Origin: a virus
Taxonomy: Duplodnaviria > Caudoviricetes
Strand: one strand, 5' to 3'
Length of the DNA stretch: 27,331 bases
IMG/VR virus record: IMGVR_UViG_3300030103_003426
Location: 1 to 27,331 of that record
The stretch's first letter is position 1. Each line of letters starts with the position of its first letter. The translations under genes and the position numbers were made by a program. The notes under the pieces were generated by a model, which saw only the letters and a program-made list of their open reading frames with translations, had not been told where the DNA came from and did no database searches. Shown here one piece after another: positions 1-7,799 of this stretch.

Positions 1-92
1 CTGCCACCACCACGACTTTTTTGCGCTACCATTATATTTTTCCAGAAAAAACTGACACCATAAACGGATGCAATCCGATTACAGGAACAAAA

Positions 93-758
93 ATGACAAA
101 ACCAAAAGGCAGACCAAGCAAGTTCACCAAACCAAGAAAAGAGAGAATCATCAAAGCAATCGCAGCTGGTTGCACTTATGAAATGGCAGCGGATTATGCA
201 GGCATCTCCAGAACTACACTTTGGGGATGGTTGAAAAAAGGTGAGGATCCAAAACAGCGTGCTTATTGTACTTTTCTGAACAATGTAAAAAGCGCAGAGA
301 TTGAAGGTGCAATGGTTCATCTTGGAACAATCACGCAGGCAAGTGCCAAAGATTGGAAGGCCAGTGCATGGATGCTGGAGAGGAGACATGGATACAGTAA
401 AGACAGACAGAACACACAGCCAGAACAAGAAGATGTGGAGATGCCAGACAACACATTGGAACTGCTGAAAGTGCAGGCCATTGATTTGAAACGTGGGATG
501 GCTAAAGCTGAGAGTTCTGAATCTTGGCAAGCATATGCAGCACTCCAGAGACAGTTGCTGCAAGTGGTTGCACAAATCAGACAAGTGGAAGCAGAAGAAG
601 GGATGATGGATGAAATGGATGGCTTGACTGATGAACAGTTGCTGCAGGAGATTTCAAATGCCATTATTTCTCTTCCACCCATATTGAGACAACGCCTGGA
701 AGCGGATATTGGAAATATGGGAAATGTGATACAAATACACAACAAAAGTGCAGAATGA
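93..758 (+). CDS. terS: Terminase small subunit (N-terminal HTH), 221 aa
   Basis: KGRPSKFT start, HTH-like AADYAGISRTTLWGWLKKG and DWKASAWMLERRHG are typical of phage TerS. It lies upstream of TerL. I chose ATG 93, after AGGA at 83-86, over TTG 21. Confidence 0.8.
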   Translation: MTKPKGRPSKFTKPRKERIIKAIAAGCTYEMAADYAGISRTTLWGWLKKGEDPKQRAYCTFLNNVKSAEIEGAMVHLGTITQASAKDWKASAWMLERRHGYSKDRQNTQPEQEDVEMPDNTLELLKVQAIDLKRGMAKAESSESWQAYAALQRQLLQVVAQIRQVEAEEGMMDEMDGLTDEQLLQEISNAIISLPPILRQRLEADIGNMGNVIQIHNKSAE

Positions 759-808
759 CACCTTTTTATGAAATGATGGCCAACATATCAGCAAAACAGG
801 GAGACAGA

Positions 809-1234
809 ATGACCATAACCACAGCAATACTGATTGGATTGTTGACTGGTGCGATTGGAACCAGTGCAGTCACCACTTGGATTCACTCCAAGAACAACAA
901 ACAATCTGAAATAATCGAGAATCAAAATGCAACACTGCTTCAGTTGTCTTCATTGCAATCGCAGCTGCAGTTGGGAGACCAAGAAATCAGAAAAGAGTTG
1001 ACCAGCACAGATTTGCTTGCAGTCTCCTGTTCTGAAGCGTGGATGAAAGACCACACTGACATGCTATGCAGAGAAATGTTTTGCAGACTGCAGACCCGTG
1101 AAGGAGATGGAGCCAGCCAAACAGAGTGTGAAGAAATCAACAACATTGCAAACACATTTTTCATCATTGAACAGTGTGCTGAAAACAATATGGAGATTGA
1201 AAAGTGTTTGAAAGTATTGGATGCAAGAAAATGA
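809..1234 (+). CDS. Membrane-anchored protein with coiled coil and six Cys; function unknown
   Basis: N-terminal hydrophobic AILIGLLTGAIGTSAVTTWI, Q/L-rich helix, 6 Cys. GGGAG precedes ATG 809; an alternative start at 755 overlaps the terS stop (ATGA). Confidence 0.7.
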   Translation: MTITTAILIGLLTGAIGTSAVTTWIHSKNNKQSEIIENQNATLLQLSSLQSQLQLGDQEIRKELTSTDLLAVSCSEAWMKDHTDMLCREMFCRLQTREGDGASQTECEEINNIANTFFIIEQCAENNMEIEKCLKVLDARK

Positions 1235-1536
1235 CATTCACTGGAAATGAATACTTTGCACATTGGCTGGAACTGCAGATTGACAAAAGTGGTTTGACAT
1301 ATGAACAACTGAGTGATCGAACCGGATACAGTGCAACCAGCATTGACCGATGGTTTAGTGGCAAGCATTTGCCAAAGTTACCATCCTTGATTGGATTGTG
1401 TGAAGTGTTTGCAGTTGCTCAACAGCGCAGTCCAAGACAGTTGGTGTTTGAATCATTGATGCACTGTTCTGAGATGGTCCATGCAGAATACAGATGGAAA
1501 AGGAAGATGCATGTCAAGCAAGCAGAACAGAAGTGA
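1231..1536 (+). CDS. XRE-family helix-turn-helix protein, 101 aa
   Basis: GLTYEQLSDRTGYSATSIDRWFSGKHLP fits the Cro/CI HTH pattern. ATGA overlap with the upstream stop. Confidence 0.85.
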   Translation: MTFTGNEYFAHWLELQIDKSGLTYEQLSDRTGYSATSIDRWFSGKHLPKLPSLIGLCEVFAVAQQRSPRQLVFESLMHCSEMVHAEYRWKRKMHVKQAEQK

Positions 1537-1816
1537 AGTGTGTGAATGTTGTGAATGTGATCCATGCGATTGTCACGGGATGAATGATGAACTTTGGAGA
1601 ATGGACCAGACAATGTGTGACAAAGGAAGGCAAGACACTTGCATGGTTAGCAAGGGAGATAGGGACCAATCAAAGTCTGGTCAGCAGGTGGAGGAAAGGA
1701 AGCATTCCAAGAACACTGTATTTCTTGAAGACTTGCAGCGTGATTGCAAAGCTGCAAGGGCGGCCAATCCTGGAAGTCATCCAAGAAGGGGCTTTTTGTA
1801 TTGGGGTCTCTTTTGA
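1511..1816 (+). CDS. Putative overlapping ORF with N-terminal CECCECDPCDCH motif, 101 aa
   Basis: AGGAAG at 1501-1506 precedes ATG 1511. The Cys cluster fills the gap between the two HTH genes. Its stop TGA overlaps the TerL ATG (TGATG). Confidence 0.4.
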   Translation: MSSKQNRSEVCECCECDPCDCHGMNDELWRMDQTMCDKGRQDTCMVSKGDRDQSKSGQQVEERKHSKNTVFLEDLQRDCKAARAANPGSHPRRGFLYWGLF

Positions 1817-1826
1817 TGTCGATTAA
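1584..1826 (+). CDS. XRE-family helix-turn-helix protein, 80 aa
   Basis: FGEW...GKTLAWLAREIGTNQSLVSRWRKGSIP is a clear Cro/CI-type HTH. Confidence 0.85.
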   Translation: MMNFGEWTRQCVTKEGKTLAWLAREIGTNQSLVSRWRKGSIPRTLYFLKTCSVIAKLQGRPILEVIQEGAFCIGVSFDVD

Positions 1827-3231
1827 ACAAGCAACCAAGAAAATGCGCAGCCTGAAGGCCCGTGCCAACAACAGTCCATTGGATTATTTCTGTCCAACTC
1901 CACCACAAGAAGAGTGGTTGAAAGATGCATCCAAGATCAAGCTTTTTCTTGGAGGCAACCAAGTTGGCAAGACCACTTGTGGATGCGTGGAACTGTTGCA
2001 CAGATGTCTTGGAACACATCCATATCTGAAGACCGATCCACCACCAATCCAAGCATACTTGATCACACATTCACATCAACAGTCAGTGACCATTCAAGAA
2101 AAGTTGTTTGCACTGACTCCAAAAGGGTCATTGCATCCAGATTGTGAGTTTGTACCTGGAAAGGGCTTTAGAGGAGTGAACCCAATAGTTAGATTCAACA
2201 ATGGATCCATCATATACATCAAAACAGCAAATCAAGGACTTGGACTGGCATCATTTACAGCTTCATTTGTGCATGTTGATGAACCAGTGCCACAAGAAGT
2301 CTGGAATGAGATTGCTGCCAGAACCCTTCGAGGGGGAGCCGGTGGAAAAAGTGGAACCATTGCAGTGACAATGACTCCAGTTGGTCAAGATGTACGATAT
2401 ATGCAGAAGTTAGTTGAAGAAGGTGTCATATCTTGCACCAAAGCACCTTTGACAGTGGATGCAACCACACCAAAATACTGCAAACCAACCATCACACAGG
2501 AGACCATAGACAGAATCAGCCAAACATATTTGCCGATTGACAGAAATGCTCGCTTGAATGGAGACTTTGTAATTGGAATACCTGAAGGAAGGGTGTTTGA
2601 CTGTTTTGATGAATCAATGATTTCAAGTTTACCACCACCACCAGCAAATTATTCAATGGCCATTGGTATTGATCATGGTTCACAGCCCAATACACAGATT
2701 GCATTGCTGTCTGCAGTCAATGTGGCAAATCCTCAAGATGCATGGGTGTATGTGCTTGATGAATACATCTCTGGTGCTGCTCCTCCTGAGAGCCATGCCA
2801 GAGCAATATTGGAGATGTGTTCCAGAAACAATGTTCAACCTGCACAATGTTTGTGGACTGGTGACAATGTGCACTTTGGGAGTGGCAAGAATGGATCTGG
2901 AAAGATGTCAAACAGTTTGTTGATGCGCTCCTTTGAAAACATTTTAAGAATGCCACAGTTACCCTTTAGAATACGTACTATCAAGAAGCCAAGATACAGT
3001 GTATACTATGGCAGTGCAATGATTCATTCAATCATGGCCAGAAAACAGTTTTTTATTCATCCGAAGTGCAACCGCACAATCCAATCTATTCAGAGATGGA
3101 CCATGAAGAAGAATCAATCTGCAAGGTCCAAAGATGAATGGGGTCATTGTGTTGATGCATTGCGTTATTGTGTAACTCCAGTTATTGAAAATCAGAGATT
3201 CACCAACATTCCAAGTCATTTGAGGTTCTAA
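1816..3231 (+). CDS. terL: Terminase large subunit, 471 aa
   Basis: Q-motif PTPPQ, Walker A LGGNQVGKTT, Walker B FVHVDEP, coupling motif TMTP, RNase H-like IGIDHG and HCVDALRY. Confidence 0.95.
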   Translation: MSIKQATKKMRSLKARANNSPLDYFCPTPPQEEWLKDASKIKLFLGGNQVGKTTCGCVELLHRCLGTHPYLKTDPPPIQAYLITHSHQQSVTIQEKLFALTPKGSLHPDCEFVPGKGFRGVNPIVRFNNGSIIYIKTANQGLGLASFTASFVHVDEPVPQEVWNEIAARTLRGGAGGKSGTIAVTMTPVGQDVRYMQKLVEEGVISCTKAPLTVDATTPKYCKPTITQETIDRISQTYLPIDRNARLNGDFVIGIPEGRVFDCFDESMISSLPPPPANYSMAIGIDHGSQPNTQIALLSAVNVANPQDAWVYVLDEYISGAAPPESHARAILEMCSRNNVQPAQCLWTGDNVHFGSGKNGSGKMSNSLLMRSFENILRMPQLPFRIRTIKKPRYSVYYGSAMIHSIMARKQFFIHPKCNRTIQSIQRWTMKKNQSARSKDEWGHCVDALRYCVTPVIENQRFTNIPSHLRF

Positions 3232-3233
3232 AT

Positions 3234-4691
3234 ATGTACAATGATAAACCAATGAAACCACTTGCACTGAATGCAGGAGAGCAGGCCAGATGGGACCATA
3301 CCGGATTGCGCCGGCGCATGATTCTTGGAGCGTGGGCAGAAGACCTGGAGGATGAACTTTCCAGACATCTTCCACCAGACAGAAGAGAAGCATGGGGTCC
3401 ATCAGATATGAGTTCAAATCCATTTGAACAAATCACACGCCAGCTTGCAGTGTTGTATCATGAGAATCCAGCAGTGACCAACATGAATGGTGATGTGGAT
3501 CCATTGGTTGGCCGTGAAGGACTGGTGACTAAAGCTGGATTGTGGCAGTTGATGCAGCGCACACAACAAATGGTGATTGGATTGCGTGAAGCCATGATTC
3601 GGATTGATGTGAATCCACACACACAGAATATGCCTGCACGAGTGCCAGGAATACAATACAGATTGGTGACTCCAGACCTTGTATATTGTGAAGCGCATCC
3701 AGACCAACCAGATGTTCCAGTGTACTATCAAGAATACAGACTGCGTAAATCAACTAAAGGATTTGTGTGGGTTGCTGATGTTCTGGACATCCGAGATATG
3801 GACAACCCCAGATTTGGAATGTTTGAAATCAATCAAGATGGAACACTTGGTGCAGATGTCTCTGAAACATACATGGGCCATCCAACTCATGAAGGAGAAG
3901 GATACCCATACAGAGATGCCAACAACACTCCATTCATACCAGTTGTGATGTACCATGCAGAAAAGACTGGCTATTTATGGGATCCATATTTTGGGAGTCA
4001 AATGGTTTATGGTTCACTCACTTCTGCAGTTTTGTATTCTATGTGGACACATTTGGTCAAGTCAGCATCATGGTCACAGAAGTATGTCGCTGGATTGACT
4101 TTGGCTGGTTTGTCTCAGATTGACCAGAACAGTGTTGCACGCCGTGCATCCATCTCCACAGACCCATCCAGCATTTTGGTGTTCACCCAAGATCCAGATG
4201 CACAGGGACAACCAATGGTGGGTTCATTTGGCATTGCAACTGATCCACATGATTTGTTGGAGTCGATTGCAAAATATGAAATGCGAGTTGCAATGGCTGC
4301 TGGTTTGTCTCCTGCAGAACTGTCCAGATCAAATGGAGATCCGCGAAGTGGATACAGTCTGTCTGTTTCTAAAGCTGGCCAACGTGAAGCACAGAAGAAG
4401 TTTGCTCCAGTATTCCGGATGGCTGATGAAGAACTGTTGGCGAAAACTGCAATGTTATCCAATAGATTTCTTGGCACCAATCTCCCAGAAGATGGATACC
4501 GTGTTTCATACCACAGCATGCCACTGACACCAACAGAGATGCAAGCACAAAGAGAAGACATCATTGCAAAGATGAATGCTGGTTTGATTTCTCCAGTCAC
4601 TGCAGTCATGATGATGTATGATGACATGGATCCAAAAGAAGCCAGAGAATACTTGTTGCAGATTCGCAGAGAACGGGCGGAGTTCACATGA
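3234..4691 (+). CDS. Portal protein, 485 aa
   Basis: Directly follows TerL and has a typical size. IPVVMYH, SGYSLSV and C-terminal AGLISPVTA...EAREYL are portal-like segments. Confidence 0.85.
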   Translation: MYNDKPMKPLALNAGEQARWDHTGLRRRMILGAWAEDLEDELSRHLPPDRREAWGPSDMSSNPFEQITRQLAVLYHENPAVTNMNGDVDPLVGREGLVTKAGLWQLMQRTQQMVIGLREAMIRIDVNPHTQNMPARVPGIQYRLVTPDLVYCEAHPDQPDVPVYYQEYRLRKSTKGFVWVADVLDIRDMDNPRFGMFEINQDGTLGADVSETYMGHPTHEGEGYPYRDANNTPFIPVVMYHAEKTGYLWDPYFGSQMVYGSLTSAVLYSMWTHLVKSASWSQKYVAGLTLAGLSQIDQNSVARRASISTDPSSILVFTQDPDAQGQPMVGSFGIATDPHDLLESIAKYEMRVAMAAGLSPAELSRSNGDPRSGYSLSVSKAGQREAQKKFAPVFRMADEELLAKTAMLSNRFLGTNLPEDGYRVSYHSMPLTPTEMQAQREDIIAKMNAGLISPVTAVMMMYDDMDPKEAREYLLQIRRERAEFT

Positions 4692-5023
4692 TGCCAGCAC
4701 TCATATGCCAGCAATGCAGAAGCAGTCTTGATCCATTGACAGCAAAGGTGGAATGGTTGTCAACCATGCACAACATTTGTCTGGTGGAGACCATCAGGAT
4801 TGTGCATCCACATTGTCAATATGAGTTCAGCCATCCCAACACACAAAAGATGATGAGATTGTATGACCATTGGTTGCCATTCTGGACATTGGCAGATTTT
4901 ATGGAGATACCAGAGGAAATGCAGTGGGACAATAAACCCGTTGCAATCGCAATCTTGAAAGATTACATAAACCACCAACAACAAAGAGCACAAGAGGCAC
5001 AAAATGAAAACAATAGAACATGA
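4688..5023 (+). CDS. Hypothetical protein with CxxC and HxxC motifs, 111 aa
   Basis: ATGA overlap with the portal stop and fills the portal-scaffold gap. Contains CQQC and HPHC. Confidence 0.6.
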   Translation: MMPALICQQCRSSLDPLTAKVEWLSTMHNICLVETIRIVHPHCQYEFSHPNTQKMMRLYDHWLPFWTLADFMEIPEEMQWDNKPVAIAILKDYINHQQQRAQEAQNENNRT

Positions 5024-5642
5024 AGGACAAACATTTGTTTTGAAGTCAGACATTGAAAATGCATTCAAAGACAGAATCCAAAAGTTGTCTGCACGAGCAA
5101 TCCAAGCTGAAGAAGCAGCCAATGCGATTCAAGAACAGTTTGACAATCAAAGTGGAGAACTGGAAAAGATTCAGAAACTGTCAACACGGGTCCAGGAGTT
5201 GGAATCAGAACTGGATTCTGCAAACAATCGTTATTCCAGACATACTGCAATGGCTGACTTGGGTATTGTGGATGCTGAAGTGCGTGAACTGGTGGAATGG
5301 CAATATGAAAAGGCCACCAAAGGAGATTCCAAAGCACCTGCATTGAATGAATGGTTGGCAGCAATGAAGGCTGACCCATCAAAAGCACCAGTGACATTGC
5401 GACACCATCTCCAAACTGAAACAGCAGCAGCACCAGCAACCACAGCAACTGATGCAGAACCAGTTGCACCAGCAGAACCAGTTGCAGAACAACCAGCACT
5501 GATTGCACCCAAGACAAATACTGGAACAGCACCAGCACCAATGAAATCAACAAATCTTTTGAATCGTGGTGCTGATGATTTCGAGTTTTACAAAGCAAAC
5601 AGAGATGCAATCAGAAAGGCTTGGCCAAGTCGAGGTCGATAA
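5004..5642 (+). CDS. Capsid scaffolding protein, 212 aa
   Basis: GAGG RBS, long acidic coiled coil, Pro/Ala-rich linker (AEPVA twice) and short basic C-terminal helix. Lies between portal and capsid genes. Confidence 0.75.
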   Translation: MKTIEHEGQTFVLKSDIENAFKDRIQKLSARAIQAEEAANAIQEQFDNQSGELEKIQKLSTRVQELESELDSANNRYSRHTAMADLGIVDAEVRELVEWQYEKATKGDSKAPALNEWLAAMKADPSKAPVTLRHHLQTETAAAPATTATDAEPVAPAEPVAEQPALIAPKTNTGTAPAPMKSTNLLNRGADDFEFYKANRDAIRKAWPSRGR

Positions 5643-5953
5643 TGGCACAGAACTATCAATCAATCAGCACATTCCCAATCATCAAGAACTTCACTGCAAA
5701 TCAGACCTGGACTGATGTCACTATTCCATCAAAAGGAAGAACAATCACAATAGGTTGTGAAACTGCTGATATTTTTGTATCAGTTGAAGGGACTGAAGGC
5801 GGATCAACCAGTGGAGTGGGCAAAGCATTCATTCAAACTGCTGGATACCTAGCCATAAAAAAGGGACGTGGTACAAATCAAATCAACACTTATCAAGTGG
5901 CAACCAAGTCTGCAGCTTCAGCAGAGGTGACCATAATCATTGAAGAAGAATAA
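5642..5953 (+). CDS. Small beta-rich virion protein (possible head decoration), 103 aa
   Basis: TAATG coupling to the scaffold stop. Thr/Gly/Ile-rich beta-strand pattern in the head region. Confidence 0.6.
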   Translation: MAQNYQSISTFPIIKNFTANQTWTDVTIPSKGRTITIGCETADIFVSVEGTEGGSTSGVGKAFIQTAGYLAIKKGRGTNQINTYQVATKSAASAEVTIIIEEE

Positions 5954-5965
5954 CAAGGGGCACAC

Positions 5966-6178
5966 ATGGCACAATCAGTCTTTTTTCCTTCAAGACCGAA
6001 GGAACATACTTTTGTAAACTCCACACAAGTCACCATCAATCACAATCTTGGATATATTCCAAATGTTCAAGTTCTGATCAATAATGAACTGGTGATGGCT
6101 GATGTGGAGCATGTTTCTGTGAATCAACTTGTGGTGACTTTCGCAAATGCAACCACTGGTTCTGTGTTCATCAGATAA
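5966..6178 (+). CDS. Small stand-alone 'HNLG' beta-sandwich domain protein, 70 aa
   Basis: VTINHNLGYIPNVQV...VEHVSVNQLVVTF resembles fibre-tip domains and the C-terminus of the next gene. Confidence 0.7.
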   Translation: MAQSVFFPSRPKEHTFVNSTQVTINHNLGYIPNVQVLINNELVMADVEHVSVNQLVVTFANATTGSVFIR

Positions 6179-6234
6179 GATACCAACAGTTCAACTGAAC
6201 ACAATCTAACCCACTCCCACACAGGAAAAATATC

Positions 6235-7605
6235 ATGCAATACCTTGCACCCACAAACGTATTTGAAGGAGTTGTACAACTCAATCAATCCCCTTCTGCT
6301 GACAACCATGCAGTTACTAAAGCTTACCTTGAGACCAACAGTGTTGTTGGAATCGCTACTGATTCAGCCAACTATGCTGAACTGGTGACTGAAGGTGGAG
6401 TCAAGAAACTCAAACTGAAGCCATTGACCATCACTGATGTGTCTGTTGATACCAGTCAAACTTCATTGGCAAACTGGATCTCTGCAAACTATACAACCGG
6501 TGATGAAAAGCAAGAAGGTGACATCATCATCTTGACTGGTGTTTCAGGCCGTGCACAGACTTTCATTCACAATGGTGGAACTGCTGGAACGGATGCCGAC
6601 TTTGCAGAGATTGAAGGTGGAGATGTCACAGCTGCTGAAGTGCGTGCTGCTTTGTCTGCTTCTGCTGGTATCAACTACAATGCAAGCACTGGTGAGTTCA
6701 CTGCTGATCAAGCTGAGATTCGTGCATTGTTTGCTGCTGGTTCTGGTCTTTCCTATGACTCCAGCAATGGAACATACCAGTTAAATGTTGATTCTGATGG
6801 TATCTCTGAAGGTTCATCAAATCTTTACTTCACTGATGCTCGTGCTCGTGGTGCAATCAGTGTTGCTGGAAGTATCCTGTCATACAACAGCGGAACAGGT
6901 GTCATCTCAATGTCAATCGATACTGCAGATGTAGCAGAAAATGGAAACCTGTATTTCACTGATGCTCGTGCTCGTGGTGCAATCTCTTTGGATGCTGTTT
7001 CTTCTCCAGATACACAGTTGTTGACTTACAACAGCAGCACTGGAAAACTGTCTTTGCCTGCTTCAGCAGTCTTTGCAGAGTTCGCCGCTGGAACTGGTCT
7101 TTCATATGCTGATGGTGTTTACTCTTTGAATGCTAGCACTTCAAATGTATCTGAAGGCTCTAACTTGTATTTCACTGATGCTCGTGCTCGTGCTGCTGTC
7201 AGTGTTTCAGGTTCTGGACTTGCATACAACTCTGGAAATGGTCAAATCAGTTTGACTGCTGATACAGATGTAATCTCTGAAGGTTCATCAAATCTTTACT
7301 TCACCACAGCCAGAGCACAAGCAGCAATCAGTGCTGATCCTGCAGCTGGTAACATGGCAACTGTTGCCAGTGGTCAAGTATTGGTGGCCAAGTCTTCATT
7401 CCGTTCAACCTTTGCACCACAGAACTTGACTGCAAACACCTTTGCAACTTTGAATCATGGTCTTGGTGAAAAGATTGTTCATGTGTCTGCATATGATTCC
7501 AGTGGCAACTTGGTTCAGTTGGATGTTCAGCTGGTTGATGCAAACAATGTCAAAGTGAAATCAGTCATCAATGTGTCTGGTGCTGAGATTGTAGTATCTT
7601 TGTAA
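6235..7605 (+). CDS. Repeat-containing fibre protein (probably head fibre), 456 aa
   Basis: Ala/Ser/Gly/Thr-rich, four NLYFT(D/T)ARA repeats and several YNSxxG repeats. C-terminal LNHGLG domain; AGGA RBS. Confidence 0.8.
   Translation: MQYLAPTNVFEGVVQLNQSPSADNHAVTKAYLETNSVVGIATDSANYAELVTEGGVKKLKLKPLTITDVSVDTSQTSLANWISANYTTGDEKQEGDIIILTGVSGRAQTFIHNGGTAGTDADFAEIEGGDVTAAEVRAALSASAGINYNASTGEFTADQAEIRALFAAGSGLSYDSSNGTYQLNVDSDGISEGSSNLYFTDARARGAISVAGSILSYNSGTGVISMSIDTADVAENGNLYFTDARARGAISLDAVSSPDTQLLTYNSSTGKLSLPASAVFAEFAAGTGLSYADGVYSLNASTSNVSEGSNLYFTDARARAAVSVSGSGLAYNSGNGQISLTADTDVISEGSSNLYFTTARAQAAISADPAAGNMATVASGQVLVAKSSFRSTFAPQNLTANTFATLNHGLGEKIVHVSAYDSSGNLVQLDVQLVDANNVKVKSVINVSGAEIVVSL
6802..7304 (+). 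repeat. Intragenic direct repeats encoding NLYFTDARAR units
   Basis: Identical 32 bp at 6802-6833 and 7273-7304; identical 30 bp at 6829-6858 and 6955-6984; 27 bp shared by 6950-6976 and 7166-7192. Confidence 0.95.
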
Positions 7606-7639
7606 TCGATCCCCAAAAAAAAGGTTGTGCCTCCCTTTT

Positions 7640-7667
7640 CCCTGCTGTCCTCAGTGGGGTTTTTTTT
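7640..7667 (+). terminator. Intrinsic terminator after the fibre gene
   Basis: CCCTGCTG-tcct-CAGTGGGG stem (8 bp, two G-U) followed by T8. Confidence 0.8.
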
Positions 7668-7671
7668 CGAC

Positions 7672-7700
7672 TTGCATAACCTGAATATACCGTTTAGAAT
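7672..7700 (+). promoter_or_regulatory. Sigma70-like promoter for the major capsid gene
   Basis: TTGCAT (7672-7677), 17-bp spacer, TAGAAT (7695-7700), immediately after the terminator. Confidence 0.7.
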
Positions 7701-7720
7701 ATATACAATACATCTTGATA

Positions 7721-7755
7721 GTGGAAGGGTCGCACCCGAAACAGCAGAAGTCCAC
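7721..7755 (+). other. Candidate structured RNA in the capsid mRNA leader
   Basis: GTGGA/TCCAC outer stem enclosing a GGGT-cgc-ACCC hairpin and a purine-rich strand. GC-rich island in an AT-rich leader. Confidence 0.35.
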
Positions 7756-7799
7756 ACCAAACCAATCCAATAAAACCCTTTACTTAATAGGTGTAAATC

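Noticed and set aside
21-92. Longer N-terminal extensions given by the ORF track (also 1744, 9444, 20490, 20920, 25752)
   Set aside because: Downstream ATGs have an RBS or start/stop coupling and, for the later five, avoid long overlaps with neighbouring genes.
1013-1030. LLAVSC as the lipobox of an embedded o-spanin
   Set aside because: It is internal and in the same frame as the host gene, with no preceding start codon or hydrophobic signal peptide.
5454-5486. GCAGAACCAGTTGCA direct repeat
   Set aside because: It simply encodes AEPVA twice in the low-complexity scaffold linker.
6802-7304. About 30-bp direct repeats as a CRISPR array or a DGR template/variable pair
   Set aside because: They are in-frame protein repeats with irregular spacing over 100 bp. 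There is no cas gene, no reverse transcriptase and no adenine-specific mismatch pattern.
7721-7755. Known riboswitch or hammerhead ribozyme
   Set aside because: It lacks the hammerhead CUGAUGA core and the c-di-GMP, SAM or preQ1 consensus features I can recall. Kept only as an unclassified candidate.
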